Shown here in pieces: positions 40,796 through 51,322 of a DNA stretch of 64,000 nt (positions within the stretch are counted from its first letter, which is position 1; every line of letters begins with the position of its first letter). The translations under genes were made by a program, and so were the position numbers. The notes under the pieces are model-generated. The model was not told where the DNA came from, searched no databases, and saw only the letters and a program-made list of their open reading frames with translations. The DNA comes from Ignavibacteriota bacterium (lineage in GTDB: Bacteria; Bacteroidota; Ignavibacteria; UBA10030; UBA6906). The stretch lies in assembly GCA_963801355.1 (NCBI GenBank), contig CAWDEM010000004.1:1056001-1120000 (forward strand), read 5' to 3'.

Positions 40796-42034
40796 ATGGA
40801 ACCATTGCTCCTTCCCCCTATTCCCGGATATCACCGTCTCGACGTTTATGAAGCCCACGGCGGCTATGCAATGCTGAAGAAGGCCCTCGGCATGAAGCCC
40901 CCGGACATCACCAACGAGGTGAAAGCGTCCAGCCTGCGGGGGCGCGGCGGTGCGTGTTTTCCGACCGGCCTGAAGTGGTCGTTTATGCCCCGCGAGTCCT
41001 CGAAGCCGAAATACCTCTGCGTCAACGGTGACGAGAGTGAACCGGGGACGTTCAAAGACCGGCAGATCTTCGAACAAAACCCACACCAGCTGATCGAGGG
41101 GACTGTCATTGCCTGCTATGCGATGGGGATCGGCACGGCGTACCTGTACGTGCGGGGTGAGTACAAACACTGGATCGATCTCGTCCAGAAGGCGGTCGAT
41201 GACGCGTACGCGCACGGTTATCTCGGCCAGAACATACTCGGGTCGGGATTCAGCCTCGAGTTCACGCTTCATCGTGGGGCCGGGGCGTATATCTGCGGCG
41301 AAGAATCGGCCTTGATGAATTCCCTGGAAGGCCAGCGCGGATATCCGCGGGTCAAGCCGCCGTTTCCCGCGCAGAACGGACTCTGGGGTTGTCCCACGAC
41401 GATCAATAACGTGGAAACCATCGCCAACGTCCCGGTGATCCTCCGCATCGGTGCCGAGGCCTATGCAAAAATCGGCGCGCCGCGTCACCCCGGTCCGATT
41501 CTCGTAGGCATCAGCGGACACGTGAACAAGCCCGGCGTCTATGAAATGCCCACAGGCGTTCCCCTTCTTGAGATCATTCACGCGTATGGCGGCGGTGTGC
41601 CGGGGAACAAGAAGATCAAAGCCGTCATCCCCGGCGGATCGTCAACGATGGTCCTCCGGGGCGATTCGCTCGAGGGCGTCTGTATGGACGCCGAAAGCCT
41701 CAAGGCCGCCGGTTCTTCGGTGGGCACAGCGGGCGTGATCGTGATGGATGAGGATACCGACCTTGTGAAAGTGCTCTGGCGCATCTCACAGTTCTACCAT
41801 CATGAGTCGTGCGGCCAGTGCACGCCCTGCCGCGAGGGGACCGGCTGGATGGAGAAGATCCTCAAGCGGTTCGTACACTCCGACGGATCCTATGCGGATA
41901 TCAACCTCTTGCGCGATATCGCCAACAACATTGAAGGCAATACGATCTGCGCGCTCGGCGATGCGGCGGCGTGGCCGGTGCAAAGCATGCTCAAGACATT
42001 CCGCGGGGAATTCGAAAGCCGGGTCACGAAATGA
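40796..42034 (+). CDS. nuoF: NADH-quinone oxidoreductase subunit F
   Basis: [28 protein letters not shown] and [12 protein letters not shown]. Confidence 0.98.
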   Translation: MEPLLLPPIPGYHRLDVYEAHGGYAMLKKALGMKPPDITNEVKASSLRGRGGACFPTGLKWSFMPRESSKPKYLCVNGDESEPGTFKDRQIFEQNPHQLIEGTVIACYAMGIGTAYLYVRGEYKHWIDLVQKAVDDAYAHGYLGQNILGSGFSLEFTLHRGAGAYICGEESALMNSLEGQRGYPRVKPPFPAQNGLWGCPTTINNVETIANVPVILRIGAEAYAKIGAPRHPGPILVGISGHVNKPGVYEMPTGVPLLEIIHAYGGGVPGNKKIKAVIPGGSSTMVLRGDSLEGVCMDAESLKAAGSSVGTAGVIVMDEDTDLVKVLWRISQFYHHESCGQCTPCREGTGWMEKILKRFVHSDGSYADINLLRDIANNIEGNTICALGDAAAWPVQSMLKTFRGEFESRVTK

Positions 42035-42474
42035 AAATCGCGATCACCCGTCTCTCACCCGCTACTTCCGACGTCCCCCTCCCCACGTATGCAACCGACG
42101 GTGCCGCCGGCATGGACGTCCGTGCCGCCGTGGAGCACGACCTGGTGGTCCGGCCCCGGGAAACCGTGCTCGTCCCGACGGGCTTCGCCATGGCCATACC
42201 GCCGGGATTCGAGGCACAGATCCGGCCGCGCAGCGGCCTCGCGATCAAGCATCAGATCGGCATCCTCAACGCCCCCGGTACCATCGATGCGGACTACCGT
42301 GGGGAGGTGCGCATCATTCTGACGAACTTCAGTGAGGTGGACTTCCCCGTGAGGCGCGGTGACCGCATTGCACAGATGGTGATCGCGCCGTACGTCAAAG
42401 CGGAATGGGAGGAATGCCCATCGCTTGATCCGACCGACAGGGGAGACGGCGGTTTCGGCCACACCGGGAGGTAA
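42031..42474 (+). CDS. dut: dUTP diphosphatase
   Basis: [21 protein letters not shown] and [10 protein letters not shown]; ATGA overlap with nuoF. Confidence 0.97.
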   Translation: MKIAITRLSPATSDVPLPTYATDGAAGMDVRAAVEHDLVVRPRETVLVPTGFAMAIPPGFEAQIRPRSGLAIKHQIGILNAPGTIDADYRGEVRIILTNFSEVDFPVRRGDRIAQMVIAPYVKAEWEECPSLDPTDRGDGGFGHTGR

Positions 42475-42477
42475 TCC

Positions 42478-43689
42478 ATGCTCCAACGACGCTTGCCCCG
42501 GCCTTCCAGCACTACGTCCGGCGCTGCAGCGTATGCGCTCGCGGGTCTCGCCCTCCTGGGTGTGGCCTACAGCGTGCGTGAAATCCTCTCACCGTTCGTG
42601 GTTGTCGCCGCGGTATTGTACCTGCTGTACCCTTTCCGATCGCAGGAGTTTGTCCGCCGGGTCATGGTTGCCATCATCCTCCTGTTCCTGGTCTGGGGTT
42701 TCCACACGGTGTCTGCACTGCTCGTTCCGTTCGCTGTTGCCTACGTTCTGGCCTACCTGTTTGATCCGCTTGTCACACGGCTCAGCCTGCTGCGTATCCC
42801 GCGATGGGGCGGAAGTCTGCTCGTCGTGCTGAGCGTTGTCGGCGCGCTCGTCGGCACGGCGCTCTTTGTCGCGCCGGCGATTGCCGGACAGATGGAAGGC
42901 CTTGTGAACGGCCTGCAATGGCTGGTGCAGAACACAAAGGCATGGCTTGCATCTGACGAACCCGCACGCGCCCTTGCACAACTCGGCATTCCCGTGGAAA
43001 AGGCACGTGAAATTCTCACGACCGAACTGGTTCCGCGCCTGGAAGGCATCGTGTCGTCACTCGTCACAGGCGTGTTCGGCGTTGTCACCGGCATCTCCTC
43101 CATCGCCGTCCAGGTCGTCAACATCATCATTATCCCGTTCCTGGTGTTCTTCCTCCTGAAGGACTTCCCTGTCATCGGAAAGAAATTTGTTTCCCTTTTC
43201 CCGATCCCCCGCCAGCACACGGTGCGCGCGACACTCGCCGCGGTGGATGAATTGATGGGCCGGTACGTTCGCGGCTCGGTGATCGTGGCGCTCATCCAGG
43301 GAACCATCGCGGCACTCGTGCTCTGGATTGCAGGGGTGAGTTCGCCGCTGGTGCTGGGGATCATGACGGGGTTGCTCGATTTCATACCGTATGTCGGTCT
43401 GGCCGTCAGCATGGTCGTGGCCACCCTCGTGGCGATGTTTAGCGGTGAGCCCGTCACGACAAAGGTCATTGTCGTGGTGATCCTCTACCTCTCGGAAAAG
43501 CTGCTCGAAGCGACGGTGCTCGCGCCGAAAATCGTCGGGTCGCAGGTCGGCCTTCATCCCGTGGTCCTCATTCTCTCCCTGCTCGTGTTCGGATATTTTC
43601 TCGGGTTTGTCGGATTGCTCATCGCCGTGCCGGTGACCGCGCTCCTGCTCGTGGCACTGGAAAGGCGGGAGGCGGGAAGGGGTGCCTGA
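42478..43689 (+). CDS. AI-2E family membrane transporter
   Basis: AYLFDPLV, FIPYVG and LAPKIVGSQVGLHP. Confidence 0.9.
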   Translation: MLQRRLPRPSSTTSGAAAYALAGLALLGVAYSVREILSPFVVVAAVLYLLYPFRSQEFVRRVMVAIILLFLVWGFHTVSALLVPFAVAYVLAYLFDPLVTRLSLLRIPRWGGSLLVVLSVVGALVGTALFVAPAIAGQMEGLVNGLQWLVQNTKAWLASDEPARALAQLGIPVEKAREILTTELVPRLEGIVSSLVTGVFGVVTGISSIAVQVVNIIIIPFLVFFLLKDFPVIGKKFVSLFPIPRQHTVRATLAAVDELMGRYVRGSVIVALIQGTIAALVLWIAGVSSPLVLGIMTGLLDFIPYVGLAVSMVVATLVAMFSGEPVTTKVIVVVILYLSEKLLEATVLAPKIVGSQVGLHPVVLILSLLVFGYFLGFVGLLIAVPVTALLLVALERREAGRGA

Positions 43690-44382
43690 ATGGCGGGGAT
43701 CCTCTATCTTGTTGCAACGCCGATAGGGAACGTGCAAGATATGACGTTCCGTGCACTCGAGGTGCTCCGGAGCGCGGATCTTGTCGTATGCGAAGAACGC
43801 CGTGAAGGCGAGAAGCTCCTGAAGCACTTCGGGATCAGCAAGCCTCTGGAACAGCTCAACGAGCATAACGAAGCTGCAGCGACGCATACGGTGCTGCTGG
43901 CCCTCAGTGCGGAGAAATCGGTGGCGCTGGTTTCCGATTGCGGGACCCCCGTGTTTTCAGATCCCGGACAGATGCTGGTCCGTGCGGCCACCGGGGCGGG
44001 CGTGCGCATCGTTCCCATCCCGGGCGCGTCATCCCTCATGCCTGCGCTCACGGTTACGGGCTTTGCCATCGATCAGTTTCTGTACTATGGCTGGCTCTCT
44101 CCGAAAAAGGAACGCCGGCGTGCGGAACTCCGGCAACTCCAGCGCGAGCGACGCACAATCGTTCTCATGGAAACCCCGTACCGCCTGAGTGCCCTGTTGC
44201 GCGATCTCGCCGACACCTTCGGGGATACCCGTCGATGCTGCCTCGCATTCAATCTCACGCTTCCCGATGAACGGATCTTCCACGGCACCGCACGTGAACT
44301 GTATCGTGATCTCGGGCCGAAAGACCTCAAAGGGGAATTCGTCATCGTTGTCGAAGGCCATGGCCACGAGCCGGGACGATGA
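43690..44382 (+). CDS. rsmI: 16S rRNA C1402 2'-O-methyltransferase
   Basis: LYLVATPIGN..D.TFRAL, VSDCGTPVFSDPG and PIPGAS. Confidence 0.93.
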   Translation: MAGILYLVATPIGNVQDMTFRALEVLRSADLVVCEERREGEKLLKHFGISKPLEQLNEHNEAAATHTVLLALSAEKSVALVSDCGTPVFSDPGQMLVRAATGAGVRIVPIPGASSLMPALTVTGFAIDQFLYYGWLSPKKERRRAELRQLQRERRTIVLMETPYRLSALLRDLADTFGDTRRCCLAFNLTLPDERIFHGTARELYRDLGPKDLKGEFVIVVEGHGHEPGR

Positions 44383-45143
44383 ACTTCGAAGTAAGCCTCT
44401 GGATGTACCCCGTGTTGTTCGGCGGCGCCATGCTTGCCGGATGGGTCGATGCCATCGCCGGAGGCGGCGGCATGATTACCATTCCGTTGCTGTTGAGCAT
44501 CGGCGTTCCCCCGCAAATGGTTCTGGGCACCAACAAGCTGCAGGCAAGTTTCGGGAGCTACACCGCGGCACAGCATTTCGTGCGAAAAGATCTCGTTTCG
44601 CTCTCTGACGCGATCCCGGGCATGGCCTTCACTCTGGCGGGCAGCGCTGCCGGCACGTTCGCCGTCCAACAGATCGACCCATCAGTCCTGAACCTCGTGA
44701 TTCCCTTCCTGCTGCTGGGGATTGCCGTCTACATGCTCTTCACGCCGACGCTCGGCGCCGCCGTGCACGAGCCCCGCATGCGGCGCATGCTGTTCTATCT
44801 CGTCTTCGGGCTGCTTCTGGGTTTCTACGACGGTTTTTTCGGCCCCGGCGTGGGATCGTTCTGGGCAATGGTGTTCGTCCTCGTTCTGGGTTTCGATCTG
44901 ACACGTGCCACGGGATACACAAAGGTGATGAATTTCACGAGCAACATTGTGTCGTTCATCGTGTTTGCATTCGGAGGCCATGTTCTCTGGTTGCCGGGTC
45001 TGGTGATGGCCGGAGGGCAGATTGCCGGTGCTCGCATCGGCTCGGGTATGGTGATCAAGCGCGGCGTAAAATTTATCCGGCCGATGTTCATCACGGTTGT
45101 CATTCTCACTACCTTGCGGCTCATCCTGCGGAACCTCTTCTAG
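44379..45143 (+). CDS. TSUP/TauE-SafE family transporter (YfcA-like)
   Basis: VDAIAGGGG, GTNKLQ and GFYDGFFGPGVGSF. Confidence 0.92.
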   Translation: MNFEVSLWMYPVLFGGAMLAGWVDAIAGGGGMITIPLLLSIGVPPQMVLGTNKLQASFGSYTAAQHFVRKDLVSLSDAIPGMAFTLAGSAAGTFAVQQIDPSVLNLVIPFLLLGIAVYMLFTPTLGAAVHEPRMRRMLFYLVFGLLLGFYDGFFGPGVGSFWAMVFVLVLGFDLTRATGYTKVMNFTSNIVSFIVFAFGGHVLWLPGLVMAGGQIAGARIGSGMVIKRGVKFIRPMFITVVILTTLRLILRNLF

Positions 45144-45168
45144 CACGAACAGGGGTCAGACCCCAAAT

Positions 45169-45197
45169 TTGATATTCAGCCCCTGAATGGGTATATT
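45169..45197 (+). promoter_or_regulatory. Sigma70-type promoter giving a near-leaderless start
   Basis: TTGATA-17 bp-TATATT ending 9 nt before the ATG at 45207. Confidence 0.5.
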
Positions 45198-45206
45198 CGC
45201 CACAGA

Positions 45207-46235
45207 ATGACAATACTCGAAATCATGCCGCGCCGCATGCAGGCGCGCGAATTGCTGGGGAATTGCTGGTTCAACGGCGGACCGGTGTTCCTGTCCGAAC
45301 TCCAGGGCCATGCAGCGCTTCTGGATTTCTGGGACTACTCCTGCACTGCGTCACTCCATGCGCTCCCGTACGTTCAGGAATGGCACCGGCGCTATGCGGA
45401 CAACGGCCTCGTTGTCGTCGGGGTCCACACGCCGAAGTTCCAGTTCGGCCGGGAGCCCGAAAACGTCCAGAAAGCAATCGACCGGCTGGGGATTAAGTAC
45501 CCCGTCGTCATGGATAATGCCGAAATGATCTGGGCTAACTACGGCAACCGCGTCTGGCCGACGAAATACCTTGTCGACAAAGACTGCTTTGTGCGGTGTC
45601 AGAACATCGGGAGCGGAAGTTACCGGTCGTTCGAACGGTCCCTGCAGTCTCTTTTATATGACGCGAATCCGCATCAGGAATTGCCGGAATTAATGGATCC
45701 CTTGCGGGACACCGACATCCCCGGAGTGCCATGCTACCGCGCGACTCCGGAGGTCTTCGGCGGCTATGTCAGGGGCAGTCTGGGGAACGTCGAAGGATAC
45801 TCGCCCGAATCGGAAGCCGAGTATAGAGACCCCGAAATCTATGTTGACGGACGGCTCTATTTGCAGGGGACCTGGCGGGCTGAGCGTGAATGTGTGCGAT
45901 GGCTGGGTTCTGCCGGTGAGGAGGGTTCCGTGTCGATGTTGTACAGCGGGAGCGCCCTCGATGTCGTGCTGGCTCCTCCCCGGAACAGCGTGACAGCGGT
46001 TACTGTTGAACAGGATGGGAAGCCGCTGACCGCGGAAAACAAAGGCAGCGACACAATGCTGCTCCCGGATGGAAACAGTGTACTCCCGTTGGATATGCCG
46101 CGGATGTTCAGCGTTGTCCGGAACCGGGAGTTTGGCAAACATCTCCTGCGTTTGAAACCCGGAAACCCGGGCACTGCATTGTACTCTCTTACCGGAGAGA
46201 CCTCGGTGATTCCTGATGTATTCGGGAGCAATTGA
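45207..46235 (+). CDS. DipZ-like redoxin with C-terminal thioredoxin-associated domain
   Basis: LDFWDYSCTAS, VVGVHTPKF, YPVVMDN and WPTKYLVD. Confidence 0.8.
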   Translation: MTILEIMPRRMQARELLGNCWFNGGPVFLSELQGHAALLDFWDYSCTASLHALPYVQEWHRRYADNGLVVVGVHTPKFQFGREPENVQKAIDRLGIKYPVVMDNAEMIWANYGNRVWPTKYLVDKDCFVRCQNIGSGSYRSFERSLQSLLYDANPHQELPELMDPLRDTDIPGVPCYRATPEVFGGYVRGSLGNVEGYSPESEAEYRDPEIYVDGRLYLQGTWRAERECVRWLGSAGEEGSVSMLYSGSALDVVLAPPRNSVTAVTVEQDGKPLTAENKGSDTMLLPDGNSVLPLDMPRMFSVVRNREFGKHLLRLKPGNPGTALYSLTGETSVIPDVFGSN

Positions 46236-47221
46236 GCGTGAGCGAACCAGTGCAATCTCAATGGCCGCCCCCTCTTGCCACGCGAGTGACGCGGATGTTC
46301 GGAATACGCTATCCGATCATCCAGGGAGGGATGGTGTGGACGGCGGGCAGAAAGCTCGCCGTTGCTGTTTCAGGTGCAGGCGGACTCGGTCTGATCGGCG
46401 CGGGCTCCATGAAGCCCGACCTGCTGCGGGAGCACATCCGCGCTGCACGTGCAGCAACGACGGCGTCTCTCGGCGTCAATGTACCCCTCATGCGTGAGGA
46501 TGCGGGGGAATTGCTCGGTATTGCCATCGAAGAAGGGATACGGATCATCTTCACCTCATCCGGTTCCCCCGTGAAGTTTACCGCAATGCTGAAGGCGGCA
46601 GGATGCACGGTCGTGCATGTTGTTGCTGCGGTCAAACACGCAAAGAAAGCCTCAGAGGCCGGGTGTGATGCAGTTGTCGCGGAGGGATTTGAGGCGGGGG
46701 GGCATAACGGCATCGACGAGATCACCACGATGACGCTGATCCCCCAGGTGGTGGATGCGGTATCGCTCCCTGTGATCGCGGCCGGGGGCATTGCCGACGG
46801 CCGGGGCATGGCTGCGGCTCTGGCTCTGGGCGCCGAAGGCGTGCAGGTCGGCACCCGGTTTGCCGCGACGGTGGAGTCGTCATCGCACGAGACGTACAAA
46901 CGCCTCGTGGTGGAAGCAGGAGACGGCGGCACCGTGCTCACCATGAAGGCCCTCATGCCCGTGCGGATGTTGAAGACACCCTTTACAGCCAGAGCTCTGG
47001 AGGCTGACCGCCGCGGTGCAACAAAAGAGGAACTCACTGCACTGCTCGGGAGAAAACGGGAGATGCGCGGCATCTTCGAGGGGGACCTGGAAGAAGGGAT
47101 GTTCGAGGCCGGCCAGAGCGCCGGACTGGTCCGGGACGTTCCGGCCGCCGCCGAAGTCGTGCGGCGCATGATGGAACAATTCTACGAAACATGTCAACGC
47201 ATGGCGAGCACTCCAGCATGA
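46232..47221 (+). CDS. Nitronate monooxygenase / FabK-like flavoprotein
   Basis: YPIIQGGM, EGFEAGGH, IAAGGIADGRG and VQVGTRF. Confidence 0.9.
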   Translation: MSVSEPVQSQWPPPLATRVTRMFGIRYPIIQGGMVWTAGRKLAVAVSGAGGLGLIGAGSMKPDLLREHIRAARAATTASLGVNVPLMREDAGELLGIAIEEGIRIIFTSSGSPVKFTAMLKAAGCTVVHVVAAVKHAKKASEAGCDAVVAEGFEAGGHNGIDEITTMTLIPQVVDAVSLPVIAAGGIADGRGMAAALALGAEGVQVGTRFAATVESSSHETYKRLVVEAGDGGTVLTMKALMPVRMLKTPFTARALEADRRGATKEELTALLGRKREMRGIFEGDLEEGMFEAGQSAGLVRDVPAAAEVVRRMMEQFYETCQRMASTPA

Positions 47222-49038
47222 CCCCATTCCTCCAACGTCTTCGCGAGAAAGTCATTGTGTTTGACGGGGCCACCGGGACGCACCTGCAGGGGCAGCATCT
47301 CACTGCTGATGATTTCGGGGGCGAGCATCTGAACGGCTGCAACGAGGTTCTGGTCGTGTCCAGGCCCTCGGCCGTGGAGAACGTGCACCACGACTACCTT
47401 GAGGCCGGCTGCGACGTGATCGAGACAAACAGTTTCGGTTCCAGCTCGATCGTCCTTGCCGAGTACGGACTTGCAGACCGGGCGTACGAGCTCTCGCTCA
47501 AGGCGGCGCAGATAGCCAGGCGCCTCGCCGATGAGTTCTCCACAACGGCTCATCCACGCTATGTCGCCGGTTCCATGGGACCGACCACCAAGCTTCCTTC
47601 GCTCGGCCACATCCCGTTCAACGACATGGCAGCATCATACAAGGTGCAGGCTCAGGGATTGCTGGACGGCGGTGTGGATCTGCTCTGTGTCGAAACCTGT
47701 CAGGATCTGTTGCAGGCGAAAGCTGCCCTGTATGGCATCTTCAGACAGTTCGAGGAATCGCGCACACGGGTCCCCATCATCGTCTCCGTGACGGTCGAGT
47801 CAACGGGCACAATGCTTCTGGGCACCGAAATCGGAGCGGCGCTGGCCGCCCTGGAACCCTTCGATGTCGATGTGATCGGCATGAACTGTGCAACCGGACC
47901 GCAGGAAATGTCGGAACATATCCGCGCGCTTGCCGCATCAAGCCCGAAGCCGGTGTTTGTCATGCCGAATGCCGGCATACCCGAAAACGTGGGCGGGCAC
48001 GCGCACTACAGGCTGGGGCCCGAGGAGTTTGCGCGAATACTGACCCACTTCGTCAGGGACCTGGGCGTGAATGTGGTGGGGGGATGCTGCGGGACCACGA
48101 AAGAACATCTGCGCCAGGTGGTTGCGTCGGTGGGATCTCTGGCGCCACGCGAGCGTACCTGGGATTTCATACCGGGTGCGTCGAGCCTCTATCAGGCGGC
48201 ACCATTCCACGTTGATCCCGCGCCCGTTCTGGTGGGTGAACGAACAAACGCGAACGGCAGCAAACAGTTCCGCGACCTGCTGGCTGAAGAGAACTGGGAG
48301 GGGATTGTTGCCATGGGGAAGGAGGCTGTGCGCGAAGGAGCGCATATGGTCGATGTGTGCGCCGCATTTGTCGGGCGGAACGAATCGCAGGATATGCACG
48401 AGATCATTTTCCGGTTCAATACGCAAGTGACCCTGCCGATCGTCATCGATTCGACAGAACCGCCCGTGATTGAGGAAGCCCTCAGGCTGATCGGCGGCAA
48501 AGCGGTGATCAATTCCATCAATCTCGAAGATGGCACCGGCCGCGCCGAGGGGATCCTGCGCATGTGCAAACAGTACGGCGCGGCGGTTATTGCCCTGACG
48601 ATCGATGAGCAGGGGATGGCGAAGACCGCCGACCGGAAACTGGAGGTCGCCGGGCGCATCTATGACCTTGCCGTCGGGACGTTCGGCATGCGTCCCCATG
48701 ACATCATCTTTGATACCCTCACCTTTACCCTCGGCTCGGGTGACGAGGAATTCCGGCGGGCGGGGATAGAGACCCTTGACGCGATCCGGCGCATCAAGAA
48801 GGAATTTCCGGGCGTCCACACATTGCTGGGGATCAGCAACATCTCGTTCGGTCTGTCGCCGCAGGTCCGCCACGTGCTCAACAGTGTCTTCCTCCACTAT
48901 GCCATTGAGGCCGGGCTCGACATGGCCATCGTGCACGCGGGAAAAATCATGCCGCTGTACAAGGTGGATGAGCGCGGCCGGGAACTGTGCCGGCAACTGA
49001 TCTTCGACGAGCGTCGCTTCGAGGAGGTCCCTGTATGA
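47218..49038 (+). CDS. metH: Methionine synthase, homocysteine-binding and pterin-binding half
   Basis: DGATGT, GMNCATGP, GGCCGT, GERTNANGS and GISNISFG. Confidence 0.93.
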   Translation: MTPFLQRLREKVIVFDGATGTHLQGQHLTADDFGGEHLNGCNEVLVVSRPSAVENVHHDYLEAGCDVIETNSFGSSSIVLAEYGLADRAYELSLKAAQIARRLADEFSTTAHPRYVAGSMGPTTKLPSLGHIPFNDMAASYKVQAQGLLDGGVDLLCVETCQDLLQAKAALYGIFRQFEESRTRVPIIVSVTVESTGTMLLGTEIGAALAALEPFDVDVIGMNCATGPQEMSEHIRALAASSPKPVFVMPNAGIPENVGGHAHYRLGPEEFARILTHFVRDLGVNVVGGCCGTTKEHLRQVVASVGSLAPRERTWDFIPGASSLYQAAPFHVDPAPVLVGERTNANGSKQFRDLLAEENWEGIVAMGKEAVREGAHMVDVCAAFVGRNESQDMHEIIFRFNTQVTLPIVIDSTEPPVIEEALRLIGGKAVINSINLEDGTGRAEGILRMCKQYGAAVIALTIDEQGMAKTADRKLEVAGRIYDLAVGTFGMRPHDIIFDTLTFTLGSGDEEFRRAGIETLDAIRRIKKEFPGVHTLLGISNISFGLSPQVRHVLNSVFLHYAIEAGLDMAIVHAGKIMPLYKVDERGRELCRQLIFDERRFEEVPV

Positions 49039-50738
49039 GCGCAGGTCCCGCACCCCGCAAGCTGGTGTTTGACCCCTTAACGGAACTTATGTCCCATTAC
49101 GCAGCACAGACCCCCCAGAAGAGGGAAGCCGTTGCGCGTGCTGTGAGCGTCGAAGATCGGCTCAAGAACCGCATTATTGATGGCGATAAGGTCGGCCTGC
49201 AGTCCGACCTCGATGAGGCCCTGCACCAGTACCCCGCTCTGGAGATCATCAACACGATTCTTCTTGACGGGATGAAGGTGGTGGGCGAATTGTTCGGCAG
49301 CGGCCAGATGCAGCTGCCGTTCGTGCTTCAATCGGCGGAGGTTATGAAAGCGGCGGTGGGACATCTCGAGCAGTTCATGGACAAGGCCGCGACGACGGCG
49401 AAAGGAACGCTGGTGCTCGCCACCGTGAAAGGGGATGTCCACGACATCGGCAAGAACCTCGTCGACATTATTCTCACCAATAACGGGTACAAGGTTGTCA
49501 ACCTGGGGATCAAGTGCCCCATTGAGACCATGCTGCACGCGGCTGAGGAGCACCACGCGAACGCCATCGGGATGAGCGGCCTGCTGGTGAAGTCGACACT
49601 CGTCATGAAAGAGAATCTGGCGGTGATGAGCGAACGCGGCATCACCATTCCCGTTGTTCTCGGAGGTGCGGCCCTCACGCGTCGCTACGTCGAACAGGAT
49701 CTCCGTGCCGTGTATGCGGGACCGGTGCTGTATGCCAATGACGCCTTCGACGGTCTGCGCTTCATGGAACAGATAGCACATGGCGAACTTGCCGCGCACA
49801 CGAGGGAGCGGACCGACGCCGCGGACACGCTGACCGGCACGGAAGCGAAGATCGCCCTTGCCGAAGTGGAAGATCAGCGGTACAGAGAAACAGCAGCGAA
49901 GGACATCGGCCCGCGACATTCAACGGTCCGCACTGACGTGCCGATCCCCGTGCCGCCGTTCTGGGGTACGCGGGTGGTAGAGGCGATCCCGCTGGACGAC
50001 GTCTTCCCGTTTGTCAACGAGGTCGCTCTCATACGGGGCCAGTGGCAGGTCCGCAAGGGAACAATGAGTGATGAAGAGTACAAGGTGCTCCTGGCGACGA
50101 AAGTGCATCCTGAATTCGCGGACTTGAAAGAGCGCGCACGCCGCGATGGACTACTCCAGCCGAAAGTGGTATACGGATATTTTCCGTGCTGCTCATCGGG
50201 AGACGAGCTGATCATCTATAATCACGATCAGCGCACTGAACGGCTCCGGTTCAGATTCCCGCGTCAGAAGAGGGACCGTCACCTCTGCCTCTCGGACTAC
50301 TTTGCCTCCGCGGAATCCGGACGCGTGGATGTGGTGGCTTTTCAGCTCGTCACCATGGGACGGGCTGCATCCGCATATTCGGCACAGCTGTTCGCCGCAA
50401 ACGACTACAAAGACTACCTCTACTTTCATGGGCTCAGCGTGGAATCTGCGGAGGCTCTGGCTGAACTGTGGCATAAGCGGATTCGGGAGGAACTGGGAAT
50501 CGCCGGAAAGGATGCCCCGGACATCCGCCGGCTCTTCTCACAGGGGTATCAGGGATCACGCTACAGCTTCGGCTATGCCGCATGTCCCAATCTGGAAGAT
50601 CAAACGAAGTTGTTCCAGCTCCTGGACGGTGAACGCATAGGCGTGAAGCTGACAGACGAGTTCTCTCTGGAACCGGAGCAGAGCACGAATGCCATCATTG
50701 TCCACCACCCCGAAGCACGCTATTTCAATATTGTATGA
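49035..50738 (+). CDS. metH: Methionine synthase, cap, cobalamin-binding and reactivation half
   Basis: GMKVVGELFG..QLPFVLQSAE, ATVKGDVHDIGKN, MSGLL and RYSFGYAACP; own SD GAGGAGG. Confidence 0.93.
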   Translation: MSAGPAPRKLVFDPLTELMSHYAAQTPQKREAVARAVSVEDRLKNRIIDGDKVGLQSDLDEALHQYPALEIINTILLDGMKVVGELFGSGQMQLPFVLQSAEVMKAAVGHLEQFMDKAATTAKGTLVLATVKGDVHDIGKNLVDIILTNNGYKVVNLGIKCPIETMLHAAEEHHANAIGMSGLLVKSTLVMKENLAVMSERGITIPVVLGGAALTRRYVEQDLRAVYAGPVLYANDAFDGLRFMEQIAHGELAAHTRERTDAADTLTGTEAKIALAEVEDQRYRETAAKDIGPRHSTVRTDVPIPVPPFWGTRVVEAIPLDDVFPFVNEVALIRGQWQVRKGTMSDEEYKVLLATKVHPEFADLKERARRDGLLQPKVVYGYFPCCSSGDELIIYNHDQRTERLRFRFPRQKRDRHLCLSDYFASAESGRVDVVAFQLVTMGRAASAYSAQLFAANDYKDYLYFHGLSVESAEALAELWHKRIREELGIAGKDAPDIRRLFSQGYQGSRYSFGYAACPNLEDQTKLFQLLDGERIGVKLTDEFSLEPEQSTNAIIVHHPEARYFNIV

Positions 50739-50831
50739 CGGAAACTTGCAATTCCAGCCCCTTTTCGTTACGTTTGACCTACGAGACAGTTTCCAGAGTA
50801 TGTTTCGCATCAACAATAGAGGAATACCCAA

Positions 50832-51173
50832 ATGGCAACGATGATTACGGAAGAGTGCATCAATTGCGGCGCATGTGAGCCGGAATGTCCGAATACTGCG
50901 ATCTATGCCGGCGGTGTGCAGTATGAGTACAAGGGCCAGATGTATGACGCTCTTTCAAGCGACTTCTACTATATCGTACCCGAAAAGTGCACCGAGTGCG
51001 TCGGGCATTTCGATCAGGAGCAGTGCGCGGCTGTGTGCCCGGTGGATTGCTGCGTTCCCAACCCCGAGAAGGTCGAAAGCGAAGAGGTCCTGGTGGCCCG
51101 TGCCAAAGAAATGCATCCCGAGAAGGAATTTGCCGAGCTGAGCTCATCCACTTCGCACTTCCGCAAGGGATAA
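50832..51173 (+). CDS. YfhL-family 2x[4Fe-4S] ferredoxin
   Basis: CINCGACEPECP and CTECVGHFDQEQCAAVCPVDCC. Confidence 0.93.
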   Translation: MATMITEECINCGACEPECPNTAIYAGGVQYEYKGQMYDALSSDFYYIVPEKCTECVGHFDQEQCAAVCPVDCCVPNPEKVESEEVLVARAKEMHPEKEFAELSSSTSHFRKG

Positions 51174-51322
51174 CCTTACCCCGCGGTTCTCTGTGACTGA
51201 CGAAGGTCGGTCTTCTTCTGCGATGCCGCTGACCGGCTCCGGAAGGAGTTCCGACCTTCGCCGTTGAATGGCAGGAGGCAGGAATGGGTGTGCAGAAAAT
51301 CCGGATCCATGATGAATGCTAG

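Noticed and set aside
51201-51260. Hairpin CGAAGGTCGG/CCGACCTTCG after the ferredoxin gene as a SECIS or ncRNA
   Set aside because: There is no in-frame UGA nearby; it is adequately explained as a 3' stabilising stem.
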